Below are positions 37,042-46,258 of a stretch of 64,000 bases of DNA, piece by piece. The stretch's first letter is position 1. Each line of letters starts with the position of its first letter. The notes beneath the pieces are model-generated. The model was not told the DNA's origin. It saw only the letters and a program-made list of their open reading frames with translations, and made no database searches. The translations under genes and the position numbers were made by a program. Source of the DNA: Candidatus Uhrbacteria bacterium (lineage in GTDB: Bacteria > Patescibacteriota > Patescibacteriia > UBA9934). The DNA is taken from the NCBI GenBank assembly GCA_943359345.1, contig CALRHE010000002.1, positions 705-64,704 of the forward strand. The letters are read 5' to 3'.

Positions 37042-38070
37042 TTACTCTTCCCAAGGCACGCCCTCACGGCCAAACATGCCGTAGTTAGCGCAAGCAGCGT
37101 AAAGCGGTCGGCGCAAATTAAACCGCTCCACAATGGCTTCGGGCCGGAAATCGAAACGCTCTTGCACGATCTTTGACAAATCGGTGCCATCGCCGCCTCG
37201 AGCGCATAGTGAAATCGGCTCTTCAAGGCCGACCGTGTAAACCACCGTAATGAGCAAATTAGCAGCTAGCCCATCTTTAACCAGCTCACGGGCAGCAAAA
37301 CGGGCCATGTAGGCCCCCGCGCGTGATGGTTTCAAGGGATCTTTGCCAACCATGGCCACCCCTCCGTGGGGCAATAAACCTCCGTAAGTATCTGATAAAA
37401 TTTTCCGGCCACTCACACCAGCATTCAAAGTAAAGCCGCCAGACGTGAACGGACCTACGGGATTAATAAAAACTTTCACACCTTCAAGATCGCCGAGTAC
37501 TGGCACAACTGCGTGCTCGAGTAATAAACTTTGAACCTGAGTAGTATCCATGTCTTCGGTGTGTGCGGCAATCACCGTGACCGAGACAACTTTGTCTCCC
37601 TGCATAGCCAGCTGTACCTTGCCATCTGGTCGTAACCATGAAAAACGAGTATCGGTATGACGAAGGTCGTCAATTCTGCGAGCCAAACTATTGGCATACA
37701 CCACCGAGCGCGGCATCAGCTCACGTGTCTCTCTGGTGGCGTAACCATAAATTATCGCCGTGCCCGAAGCACCCGTTACGCGCGGTGTGCGTAAACGCTC
37801 TTGGCTAGGCCGCTCTAAATTTACAAACAACTCAATCGGTTCAGTGTATCCCAAACCTGCGTAAGCTTGTTTGGCAATGTCGGAAACATCAAAATCCGCC
37901 CGAGAGTCGACTACCCCGCCCAACATGAGCATGCCGTTTGAACCAAGTGCCTGAATATCCATTTTGGACAGCAAGTCACGACGCAAATACTCATCAACCA
38001 CCGACTCCACCAATAAGTCGCAAACTTTATCCGGATGTCCAGCCAAAGGTGCTTCCACGGCTTTTAACAT
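37042..38070 (-). CDS. metK: S-adenosylmethionine synthetase (short/divergent form)
   Basis: N-terminal ...LAGHPDKVCDLLVESVVDEYL... GHPDK motif. Confidence 0.75.
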   Translation of the reverse strand: MLKAVEAPLAGHPDKVCDLLVESVVDEYLRRDLLSKMDIQALGSNGMLMLGGVVDSRADFDVSDIAKQAYAGLGYTEPIELFVNLERPSQERLRTPRVTGASGTAIIYGYATRETRELMPRSVVYANSLARRIDDLRHTDTRFSWLRPDGKVQLAMQGDKVVSVTVIAAHTEDMDTTQVQSLLLEHAVVPVLGDLEGVKVFINPVGPFTSGGFTLNAGVSGRKILSDTYGGLLPHGGVAMVGKDPLKPSRAGAYMARFAARELVKDGLAANLLITVVYTVGLEEPISLCARGGDGTDLSKIVQERFDFRPEAIVERFNLRRPLYAACANYGMFGREGVPWEE

Positions 38071-38133
38071 ATTGGCAGCAGTTTAAGGAGGAATCCCAAA
38101 AGAGTAAAGGAAATTTGACAAAATGGCCAAAAA

Positions 38134-39018
38134 ATGTTACTATTTTCGGTTCCGTGCCACCCCGCACTCCTGGAGGAACACATGCGTCAATCCCGTTGGC
38201 CGTGGCTGCACGGCGTTGTCATCCTGTTCATGTGCGCACTAATGGGCTGTGATCGGATTCAAGAACCTGATCGACAGACCAAGAATGTAGGCATGTCGGT
38301 GCCTGGTTGCGACTCTGACTGTCAGAACCGCATCCACCTCAGTCGGACCAAGGTCGCTCCGATCGAAGCCAACGAGGTCCGCTACGTCCTCAAGATCGTA
38401 CAGGACGAGTACTCTGCAAACCTCTGGCAAGCCCGTCTGAAGACGTGTCTTGACAAGTGGGAATACTTCGAACGTGCCCAGCGCGTCACCATGTACCCGG
38501 CCGGCCTCTTGGCTGGCAAGGCCTACGTGGAAGGCGCAGGTTGTCGCTTTCTCCGCTCCGGAGATGGTGGCTATGGCCCGATGCAGATCACATCGCCGAC
38601 AGCGCGTCACGTCAAAGACGTGGCCACCATGCTCGGCTTAAAGGCTAGCAACGTGAAGTGGAAAGAGGACTACTGGCACAATGTACTCCTCGGTGCTGTC
38701 ATGTTGTCGGACTTCGAAAATGAATTCGAATCAAGAGGTGTAGGTATCTTCGCCTACAATAGCGGACCAGGCGCGACACGCAAATACATGCGCAAAGCCA
38801 ACATCAAGGACTTCACTGGTCGGACCATCTCCGATTTCCGTGGAGCAATCCCGACTGGTTTCAGCGATGGCGCGCGACCTCGCATCTACCTGGACCGAGT
38901 CCTGGCGGGTGCTGTGCTCGTACAGCGAGCCAAGAACGGTCAGCCCACTACCGGCATCAAGCGCCTCGAACTTCACGACATTCCGGGTGCTGTGCCTGTT
39001 CAGGACAACGTCCAGTAG
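38134..39018 (+). CDS. lytic transglycosylase (SLT domain) lipoprotein
   Basis: ...GYGPMQITSPTA...NVLLGAVMLSDF...FAYNSGPGA... SLT family 1 motifs; probable lipobox LMGC after the Met at 38182; GC3-rich codon usage unlike its neighbours. Confidence 0.65.
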   Translation: MLLFSVPCHPALLEEHMRQSRWPWLHGVVILFMCALMGCDRIQEPDRQTKNVGMSVPGCDSDCQNRIHLSRTKVAPIEANEVRYVLKIVQDEYSANLWQARLKTCLDKWEYFERAQRVTMYPAGLLAGKAYVEGAGCRFLRSGDGGYGPMQITSPTARHVKDVATMLGLKASNVKWKEDYWHNVLLGAVMLSDFENEFESRGVGIFAYNSGPGATRKYMRKANIKDFTGRTISDFRGAIPTGFSDGARPRIYLDRVLAGAVLVQRAKNGQPTTGIKRLELHDIPGAVPVQDNVQ

Positions 39019-39063
39019 GCTGCAAACACCTGATTAGAGAGCTTCTCGCGGCTAGACCGCACG

Positions 39064-39102
39064 AACGCCCTCGGATTCGAAAATCCGGGGCGTTGTTGTT
39101 TG
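39064..39102 (+). terminator. rho-independent terminator
   Basis: ACGCCCTCGGATTcgaaaATCCGGGGCGT followed by TGTTGTTTG. Confidence 0.65.
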
Positions 39103-39113
39103 AGGACTAAAAA

Positions 39114-39142
39114 TTGACTTTCTGTCAATCATTTGCTATCCT
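39114..39142 (+). promoter_or_regulatory. sigma70-type promoter, TTGACT-N17-TGC-TATCCT
   Basis: Same architecture as the 14145, 49152 and 62534 promoters; followed by a 145-nt leader before the helicase start. Confidence 0.45.
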
Positions 39143-39286
39143 TCGGGCCTTATTTACACCGTCTCTTGTTGCATCTCCCCCTCATTATCCCTCTTAACTG
39201 AGCAATGGGGAGTCTGGAGTGCCGACGGTCTCGAGCCTCAAGCTGACGTTAGTCATGACTTCTAGGGGTACGAGTCATGAATAATT

Positions 39287-40756
39287 ATGTCAGAACACAA
39301 ATTGTCCCCCGAAGCTCGTCAGAGCGAAGTGGGATCGGGTTTTACTGGTTTAGGTATTAACCCCTCATTACTTTCGATTCTTCACACTGCTAGTTTCGTT
39401 ACACCCTCACCCATTCAGGCTAAAGCCATCCCGGTGGCTATCGACGGCCAGGATGTGATTGGTATTGCCCAAACCGGTACCGGAAAAACTCTGGCCTTTG
39501 GTATCCCCATGATCCAGCGTCTAGCCATGTTCAAAGGTCGCGGCTTGGTAATTGTGCCTACCCGCGAGCTAGCCCTTCAAGTTGAGGAGTCTTTGCGTAA
39601 AATCGGTACCAAGATCGGCATGCGCACGGCCGTGCTGATTGGAGGCGAAAATATCGAAAAGCAAAAACGTGCACTGCGCACCAACCCTCATTTGATAGTA
39701 GTGACTCCAGGTCGTCTCATTGATCACCTTGAGCAACGCACGGTGAATTTAAGCGACATCAAAATCCTCGTCCTCGACGAAGCCGATCGCATGTTAGACA
39801 TGGGCTTTGCTCCTCAGATCAGTAAAATTTTGTTGTCGGTGCCCAAAGAGCGTCAAACCATGTTGTTCTCAGCCACCATGCCGCAGGATATTGTGAAAAT
39901 CGCTACTCAACACATGAAGATGCCGGTACGGGTTGAAGTAGCTCCCGCCGGTACAGCTGCAGAACGGGTTGAACAGGAAATGTTCATTGTTGAGAAAGCT
40001 AAGAAACGTAGCCTGCTAGCAACTATCCTGGCCGACTTCTCGGGCACGGTACTGGTGTTTACCCGTACCAAACACGGTGCTCGCCAGACTTGTAAGGCGG
40101 TGCAAGACATGGGTCATACAGCCGCTGAAATTCACTCTAACCGCTCACTGGCACAGCGCCGCGCTGCTCTGGATGGTTTCAAAACTGGCAAGTATCGAGT
40201 ACTCGTGGCTACTGATATTGCAGCTCGGGGTATTGACGTAAAGGGTATTGGACTCGTGATCAACATGGATCTGCCGGACAATGCCGAAGACTACGTGCAC
40301 CGCATCGGCCGCACGGGTCGGGCTGGTCATACTGGTCGAGCGATGTCTTTTGCTACGCCAGATCAGCGCGATGAAATTCGAGCTATTGAACGCTTGATCC
40401 GTAATCGTCTAAACATTAGCAAAATGCCGGAGAAGTTGATTGAAGTTGCCGCTCCGCCAGCTCGTGATCGAGGCGAAGAACGTAATGATCGCCGTGGCAG
40501 CCGCCCGGCTCTGAACGCTCGCGGACGTGGCCAGGGTCGTTTTATTGATCGTGGTGTCCGTACCAAGCAAGCCAACCCTCGCCCACCTTTTGTACGTCGC
40601 GAAGACACTTTCAAATCCCCAAGCTCCGCCACGCCAGATATGCCCCGTTCCATCATTAGCGACGACGAGGACGAACCAGCTTATCGCTACGAACCTAAAA
40701 AGCGCAACGCTCGTCCCCAATCTCGCGGCCACCAAAAATCCGGCAACCGCCGCTAA
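39287..40756 (+). CDS. DEAD-box ATP-dependent RNA helicase with an R/G-rich C-terminal tail
   Basis: Q-motif region FVTPSPIQ, AQTGTGKT (motif I), VLDEADRMLDMGF (DEAD), SAT, HRIGRTGRAG (motif VI). Confidence 0.85.
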   Translation: MSEHKLSPEARQSEVGSGFTGLGINPSLLSILHTASFVTPSPIQAKAIPVAIDGQDVIGIAQTGTGKTLAFGIPMIQRLAMFKGRGLVIVPTRELALQVEESLRKIGTKIGMRTAVLIGGENIEKQKRALRTNPHLIVVTPGRLIDHLEQRTVNLSDIKILVLDEADRMLDMGFAPQISKILLSVPKERQTMLFSATMPQDIVKIATQHMKMPVRVEVAPAGTAAERVEQEMFIVEKAKKRSLLATILADFSGTVLVFTRTKHGARQTCKAVQDMGHTAAEIHSNRSLAQRRAALDGFKTGKYRVLVATDIAARGIDVKGIGLVINMDLPDNAEDYVHRIGRTGRAGHTGRAMSFATPDQRDEIRAIERLIRNRLNISKMPEKLIEVAAPPARDRGEERNDRRGSRPALNARGRGQGRFIDRGVRTKQANPRPPFVRREDTFKSPSSATPDMPRSIISDDEDEPAYRYEPKKRNARPQSRGHQKSGNRR

Positions 40757-40760
40757 AACA

Positions 40761-40798
40761 CAAAATCACCCTTCGCTTGTCGGAGGGTGATTTTGTTT
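40761..40798. terminator. bidirectional terminator
   Basis: caAAATCACCCttcgcttgtcggaGGGTGATTTTgttt. Confidence 0.7.
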
Positions 40799-40805
40799 AA
40801 CGTAG

Positions 40806-41108
40806 CTAAGCTAGTTTGAGATGACTCTTCACTCGAACCATGTCGGTTTGAAGCTCGTGAATTTGAGGAAGAATAGCTTGGTCGAGAAATTCGGTAATGG
40901 TATGAATGACGCGCTTTGCAGAGGCCACAATAAGTGCATGAACTTCGTCACGAATATCTCGCTTAAGGTCGATGTTATTCTGCACTAACATGTCTTTAAA
41001 CTCAACCCTTAGCTCCTTCTTGAGCACAGTATTATTTGCCTCAAGGGCAGCTTGAATTGATTTATCCATCATTCTTTGAAGAACGACGAAATCGTTTTGA
41101 TCCAACAT
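40806..41108 (-). CDS. hypothetical small coiled-coil protein
   Basis: 100-aa ORF with charged heptad-like sequence; no domain match recognised. Confidence 0.35.
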   Translation of the reverse strand: MLDQNDFVVLQRMMDKSIQAALEANNTVLKKELRVEFKDMLVQNNIDLKRDIRDEVHALIVASAKRVIHTITEFLDQAILPQIHELQTDMVRVKSHLKLA

Positions 41109-41242
41109 ATCCTAAACCTCACTGGAAAATTTCAAAAGGATTGGAGGTAATGGATTAACGGTAGCATACGGAAGTTAATCACGATAGCCAAGAAAACTCT
41201 ATCAAAATACAGGGTGCACACGGTTATCCCCAGCATGGATAC

Positions 41243-41275
41243 GTGTTCGTTTTCTGTTCGTGTATGATACGAACA
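41243..41275 (+). promoter_or_regulatory. candidate LexA (SOS) operator
   Basis: GTGTTCGttttctGTTCGtgtatgatacGAACA: a GTTC-N7-GTTC direct repeat plus an inverted GAAC half-site, 24 nt upstream of the lexA start. Confidence 0.35.
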
Positions 41276-41298
41276 TAAGGAGAACGTAACCAAAGTCT

Positions 41299-41922
41299 AT
41301 GCTTCCTCCACTCACAAAAAAACAACGCCAAGTCCTCGATTGCGTCGAGAACTTCGTGCGCCGCAACGGCTACACGCCGTCGTATCGGGAGATCGCCGAA
41401 AAACTCGGTTTATCATCTCCCGCTACGGTGCATCAGCACATCAAAGCACTGTGCGAGAAAGGCGTTATCAATACCGGGGAACACGGTGTAGCCAGATCTA
41501 TAGAGGTCGTCGAAACCATGCCTATGTCCCCGCTCGCGGTTATGCTGCCACTCTCTGGCCTAATCACGGCTGGTGAACCCATCGAAGCTGTTGAAGAACG
41601 TGAAGCCATGGCTATACCCAGTGACTTTGTCATGGATGCCATGAACTCGTACGTGCTCAAAGTCAAAGGTAGATCAATGATTGAAGACGGCATTTTCGAC
41701 GGCGACTACGTGATCATTGAACGCAACCCCTCACCCAAAAATGGAGATATCGTCGTGGCTCTACTCGACAATGCATACGCTACGCTCAAACGTTTCTATC
41801 GTGAGAAGGGTCACATCCGTCTTCAACCGGCTAACAGCACCATGAAGCCGATCATCGTCAAAGGCGACATCAACATTCAAGGAGTTGTAAGAGCAGTCAT
41901 GCGTAGGTTTTACAATATTTAA
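41299..41922 (+). CDS. lexA: LexA repressor
   Basis: N-terminal wHTH (LTKKQRQVLDCVENFVRRNGYTPSYREIAEKLGLSSPATVHQHIKAL) and a C-terminal S24 peptidase domain (VKGRSMIEDGIFDGDYVIIER...NGDIVVALLDNAYATLKRF). Confidence 0.85.
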   Translation: MLPPLTKKQRQVLDCVENFVRRNGYTPSYREIAEKLGLSSPATVHQHIKALCEKGVINTGEHGVARSIEVVETMPMSPLAVMLPLSGLITAGEPIEAVEEREAMAIPSDFVMDAMNSYVLKVKGRSMIEDGIFDGDYVIIERNPSPKNGDIVVALLDNAYATLKRFYREKGHIRLQPANSTMKPIIVKGDINIQGVVRAVMRRFYNI

Positions 41923-41932
41923 TCCCCCATTT

Positions 41933-42124
41933 ATGACCACAACCACACTTCGCCACTATCAAGTGGCGCCTGATTACGGCACTCCAATTAAGCCAACGCG
42001 TGAATCCGTACAGCGCGCTGCGCGTATCTGGTTCAATAAACGAAAACTACGCCAACGCACAAGGCAGGTTATGGATTTCATGAGTCTGCCGCAACGAGTG
42101 ACCTTGAAGTATAAGTTACGATAA
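41933..42124 (+). CDS. hypothetical small basic protein in the lexA-dinB cassette
   Basis: 63-aa ORF starting 10 nt after the lexA stop; no known domain. Confidence 0.25.
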   Translation: MTTTTLRHYQVAPDYGTPIKPTRESVQRAARIWFNKRKLRQRTRQVMDFMSLPQRVTLKYKLR

Positions 42125-42209
42125 ATCTATATACCACTCTGAGGTAACGAAGGGTTAGGTCCCCCAGGCTGAAACGCGGCGGGCTACTAATCCTTCGTCG
42201 ATACTCAGG

Positions 42210-42470
42210 ATGGTCAGAGAGTCTATGCATGAATTCATGAACGACCCCATTGATGTATCTGTCGACTTCACCGGCCGCAGGATAAAACCCAAGCGCGTGC
42301 GTTGGGGTACTAAGGTGTATGACATCGATAAAGTTAATCTTGTACACGGAGCCCGAGAAGGCCAAAAACGTATTTTCTATTTCTCAGTCTCAGACACTGC
42401 CAATTTCATGAAACTTAAACTGGATACGGAAACTTTAGAATGGCGTTTGGTAGAAGTTTACGCGCCATGA
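42210..42470 (+). CDS. hypothetical small protein in the lexA-dinB cassette
   Basis: 86-aa ORF between lexA and the Y-family polymerase; no confident domain. Confidence 0.3.
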   Translation: MVRESMHEFMNDPIDVSVDFTGRRIKPKRVRWGTKVYDIDKVNLVHGAREGQKRIFYFSVSDTANFMKLKLDTETLEWRLVEVYAP

Positions 42471-42484
42471 ACGCCAGGCGCCAC

Positions 42485-42576
42485 AGACCCTGAAAGACAG
42501 TGAAGGGTCTAGCAGACTGGAAATGAAGTGTCTCCAATAACAAATTCATGAGACCCTTCGCCTACGCTCAGGGTCT
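42485..42576 (+). repeat. pair of identical-stem palindromes, AGACCCT-N12-AGGGTCT twice
   Basis: First hairpin at 42485..42510 and second at 42551..42576; the second ends 10 nt before the dinB start codon. Confidence 0.5.
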
Positions 42577-42585
42577 GGTTGTGCT

Positions 42586-43857
42586 ATGGCAATAATCCTC
42601 CATCTGGACTTTAATTCATATTTTGCGTCTGTCGAACAACAAGCAAACCCGTTTTTGCGTGGACTTCCGATTGCAGTTGCCGGTAAGGGACGACACTCAA
42701 TCGATGTCGCTGCCGCTCATCAAGGTTCAGCTCGAATTACAATCGACCAACTCTCGTTTCAAAGATCAGTCGTCACCACCGCCTCGCGCGAAGCCAAACG
42801 ACGGGGTGTAAAAACAGCCATGGGAACCTGGCAAGCCCGTAAGATTTGTCCCGAAATGCTGGTCATTCCTGGTGATCCTCAAAAATACGGTGACATCACC
42901 AAACGCTTCATGGCCATTCTCCGGCGCTATGCAGATGTGGTCCAACAATTCAGTACTGACGAAGCCTTTGCTGATATTACTTGTGCTTGCGGTGGCGACT
43001 ATTTGGGGGCCACTATTCTGGCTCAGAGCATTAGAGCTGAGATTGCTTTGGAGTGCGGCGAATACTGTACGGTCTCAATTGGGATCGCAAGTAATAAATT
43101 TTTAGCTAAACTGGCGTCTGAATCTAAAAAACCCAACGGCCTAACCGTCGTACCGCCCCATGAAGCCGAAGACTTTGTGCTCACGCGGCCACTGGCAGAT
43201 TTTTGTGGTATTGGCCACCGTATTGAAAAGCATCTCGAAAGACTAGGGGCTACCTCGGTGGCTACCCTGCGGCAACTACCCCTATCCTTGTTGCTACGCG
43301 AATTTAAAAGCTACGGTTATTTTATTTATAACTCTGCTCGCGGCTTGGGTTCAGATGAACTAGAGCCAAACGAAGATCCAAAATCTATTGGCAACTCCTA
43401 CACCTTTCCCCACAACCTCAAGAACGAACAGGAAATCTATCGTAACTTATTAGCCCTAGCGGATCGGGTGGCTTGGCGTATGCGTAAACAAAATTTTGTG
43501 GCCACGCACATTGCTGGCTACGTACGCTACGGAGATTTTGGAGGCTACGGTTTTCACAGACGCTGCCAAGATCCACTCATAGATGGCTTAGACATAGCCA
43601 ACACGGCCTGGGAAATCATGAAAACACGTATTGACGCGCAAAAAGGCGTGCGGCTGATTGGCGTTTCTGCTAGTGGCTTATTGCCGCTTGGTGGAAGTGA
43701 CTCTCTGTTTGATTCTCAACGACGCAAAACCCGAGCTCTGAAGGCACTGGACCAAGTCACAGATAAATACGGTAGTGGTGTTTGGCAACGAGCCTCAACC
43801 CTGCAAACCAATTTCAAAGAACGGGTGAGCGGTTGGCATTATGACCATGAGAGTTAA
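42586..43857 (+). CDS. dinB: Y-family DNA polymerase (DinB/Pol IV-like)
   Basis: ...ILHLDFNSYFASVEQ... (catalytic Asp), ...FSTDEAFADIT... (DE); an insertion of about 25 aa after IAVAG. Confidence 0.8.
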   Translation: MAIILHLDFNSYFASVEQQANPFLRGLPIAVAGKGRHSIDVAAAHQGSARITIDQLSFQRSVVTTASREAKRRGVKTAMGTWQARKICPEMLVIPGDPQKYGDITKRFMAILRRYADVVQQFSTDEAFADITCACGGDYLGATILAQSIRAEIALECGEYCTVSIGIASNKFLAKLASESKKPNGLTVVPPHEAEDFVLTRPLADFCGIGHRIEKHLERLGATSVATLRQLPLSLLLREFKSYGYFIYNSARGLGSDELEPNEDPKSIGNSYTFPHNLKNEQEIYRNLLALADRVAWRMRKQNFVATHIAGYVRYGDFGGYGFHRRCQDPLIDGLDIANTAWEIMKTRIDAQKGVRLIGVSASGLLPLGGSDSLFDSQRRKTRALKALDQVTDKYGSGVWQRASTLQTNFKERVSGWHYDHES

Positions 43858-45119
43858 CTACCTAACTCTTCTTCGATTTCTAGTAATCGATTGTACTTAC
43901 ACAGGCGTTCCGAACGCGACGGAGCGCCAGACTTGATGTATTCGGCATTTACAGCCACGGCTAGATCGGCAATAGTTGTATCAGTGGTTTCTCCCGACCT
44001 ATGAGAAATAACAATCTTGTAACGATGTTTTTGAGCCAGCAGGATGGTCTCCATAGTTTCTGACAGGGTTCCGATCTGGTTAACTTTGATCAGCACAGCG
44101 TTAGCCACGCCAAGATCAAGACCCTTCTGGACCCGCTCCTTATTGGTCACAAACAAGTCATCACCGATCAGCAAAAGGTCGGAGCCAAGTCGGCGTGTCA
44201 ACGTTTGCCAGTCAGTCCACTCGTCTTCGGACAAGCCGTCCTCGATTGACAACATGGGGTACTTTTTCGTCCACTGCTCATAAAGTGCGATCATTTCAGA
44301 ACCCGAAAGCTTACGACGATCAGTTTTTAGAATGTACTTCCCTGTTCGGGCGTCGAAGAATTCGCTAGCAGCTACATCGATACCAAAACGAATGTCTTTA
44401 CGCGGTTTGTAACCAGCCTTGTTTACCGCCTTCAACAAATATTCAAGCGCTTGCTCGGTACGACCAACATCTGGTGCATAACCGCCCTCATTGCCGACAT
44501 CGGTGTCGAGTCCGTCGGCGCGTAAGACATCGCCGAGAGCGTGAAAGATCTCGCTCCCAGCCTGTAATTGCCTAGAAAAAGTTTTGAAACCGACAGGTAC
44601 GATAATAAACTCCTGCATGTCGAGGTTGGTGTCAGCGTGCCTGCCCCCGTTAAACACGTTCAAGAGCGGCACCGGCAACTTATAACCTTTGTAATTAAGA
44701 TTATAAACGTCGCGCAGATAGGCGTAGAGCGGCATCTTGGCCCGCTTAGCACCGGCGTGCGCGCAAGCTAAAGAGACTCCGAGAATGGCGTTGGCCCCAA
44801 GTTTGCGCTTGTTATCTGTGCCGTCGAGTACACGCATGGTATCGTCGATAGCTTGTAAGCCAAAAACGTCGCGACCTGTGAGTGCTTTGGCGATCGGTCC
44901 GTTCACGTGTTTAACAGCTTTCAAAACACCAAGTCCTCGATAACGGTGTTTATCACCGTCACGCAGCTCGAGCGCTTCATGGCTACCGGTCGAGGCGCCA
45001 GATGGTACAGCGGCTACGCCACGCGTACCGTTTTTTAAGAGCACCGTAACCTGCAGGGTGGGGTTACCTCGGGAATCCAAAATTTCATGAGCATGGATTG
45101 TATCAATCCGTTCCAACAT
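43854..45119 (-). CDS. eno: enolase
   Basis: ...IHAHEILDSRGNPTLQV...SGASTGSHEALELRDGD... and full-length conservation. Confidence 0.9.
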   Translation of the reverse strand: MLERIDTIHAHEILDSRGNPTLQVTVLLKNGTRGVAAVPSGASTGSHEALELRDGDKHRYRGLGVLKAVKHVNGPIAKALTGRDVFGLQAIDDTMRVLDGTDNKRKLGANAILGVSLACAHAGAKRAKMPLYAYLRDVYNLNYKGYKLPVPLLNVFNGGRHADTNLDMQEFIIVPVGFKTFSRQLQAGSEIFHALGDVLRADGLDTDVGNEGGYAPDVGRTEQALEYLLKAVNKAGYKPRKDIRFGIDVAASEFFDARTGKYILKTDRRKLSGSEMIALYEQWTKKYPMLSIEDGLSEDEWTDWQTLTRRLGSDLLLIGDDLFVTNKERVQKGLDLGVANAVLIKVNQIGTLSETMETILLAQKHRYKIVISHRSGETTDTTIADLAVAVNAEYIKSGAPSRSERLCKYNRLLEIEEELGS

Positions 45120-45143
45120 AGTGGCTCGAGTATAACATTTTGG

Positions 45144-46256
45144 TTACACTCGACGTAAGGCTTCGAGCCCGGGCAAATGTTCACCGCTCAAAAATGCTAG
45201 CATGGCTCCCCCGCCGGTTGAAACGTGAGTAAAACCTTTAAGCAACTTGTGCTGATCTAAAAACTCAACTGTCTCCCCACCCCCGGTAATCACCTGGGCT
45301 CGGCTCTTGGACATAGCTTTAGCCACCGCCAGCGTACCGGCCATGCCGTCTGATCTTTCAATAATGCCAAGTGGACCGTTCCAAATAATCATTTTAGCCT
45401 TAGCAATCACACCCGTAAAGGCGTCACGAGTTTCAGGGCCAATATCGGCCACCAAGTGTTGCTTAGGTTTGGCGATCAGGTCGCTAGGCAAGACCAGCTT
45501 GTGACCAAATTGACGGAGTAGTTTGCGGGCCACGGTCAGGTCATGTGTTTGCATGAGCGGCAAGGGATAAACGGGTAACTCCACCTCCGCGGCCGCTAAA
45601 AAAGTCACAGCTAATCCGCCCCCAAGTAAAATCTTGTCTGCCTTGGGGCCGAGCTTATTCAGAATACCAAGTTTGGTTTCAAGCTTAGATCCGCCCATAA
45701 TTAATACGAACGGCTTGGTCGTAGCCTGTGTTAGGACTGCCACTTCACGCACGATCAACTCACCGGCAAAGCTCGGCAGGTGCCGGGTAATCGCGTGAAC
45801 TGAGGCATGGCGACGATGACACACACCAAAAGCGTTGTTAACATATACATCCGCTAGCTTAGCAAGTTTCCAGGCGTAGCTGTCACTATTTTTTTCTTCG
45901 CCAGCATCAAAACGCAGATTTTCAAGTAGGCATAACTCACCAGGTTTCAGTTCAGGAGCCTGGAAGTCCCTTACAAGCGGAACCTGACGTTTGAGACGAT
46001 GCTCGAAAACCTTGGCCACGGGAGCCAGCGAAAGCTGTTTATCAAGCTTGCCACCCGGGTCACCAAGATGTGACGCCAGGAGTATACGGGCGCCACGCTT
46101 GCGTAAACGTTCAATCTCCGGCAGCGCTTGTGAAATACGTCCCAACGCGCCTCCGTCCTGGGCCTTACCAGTCTTAATTGGCACATTGGCATCGATACGC
46201 AAAAACACCCGAGTACCGGCTTTGATATCTTTAGATGTCCAAGTACGGAGTTGCAT
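45144..46256 (-). CDS. pgk: phosphoglycerate kinase (compact, 370 aa)
   Basis: ...RVFLRIDANVPIK... N-domain and ...VSTGGGAMLAFLSGE...PGLEAL C-domain signatures. Confidence 0.85.
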   Translation of the reverse strand: MQLRTWTSKDIKAGTRVFLRIDANVPIKTGKAQDGGALGRISQALPEIERLRKRGARILLASHLGDPGGKLDKQLSLAPVAKVFEHRLKRQVPLVRDFQAPELKPGELCLLENLRFDAGEEKNSDSYAWKLAKLADVYVNNAFGVCHRRHASVHAITRHLPSFAGELIVREVAVLTQATTKPFVLIMGGSKLETKLGILNKLGPKADKILLGGGLAVTFLAAAEVELPVYPLPLMQTHDLTVARKLLRQFGHKLVLPSDLIAKPKQHLVADIGPETRDAFTGVIAKAKMIIWNGPLGIIERSDGMAGTLAVAKAMSKSRAQVITGGGETVEFLDQHKLLKGFTHVSTGGGAMLAFLSGEHLPGLEALRRV

Positions 46257-46258
46257 AC

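Noticed and set aside
36655-37088. ORFs 36655..36936 (minus) and 36792..37088 / 36794..37084 (plus)
   Set aside because: They overlap each other in a GC-rich structured region and are low complexity with no start context. The region is interpreted as non-coding.
38239-39037. Antisense and alternative-frame ORFs inside the lytic transglycosylase gene (38239..38610, 38450..38648, 38731..38976, 38840..39037)
   Set aside because: These are phantom ORFs caused by the GC3-rich foreign-type composition. The sense frame carries the SLT motifs.
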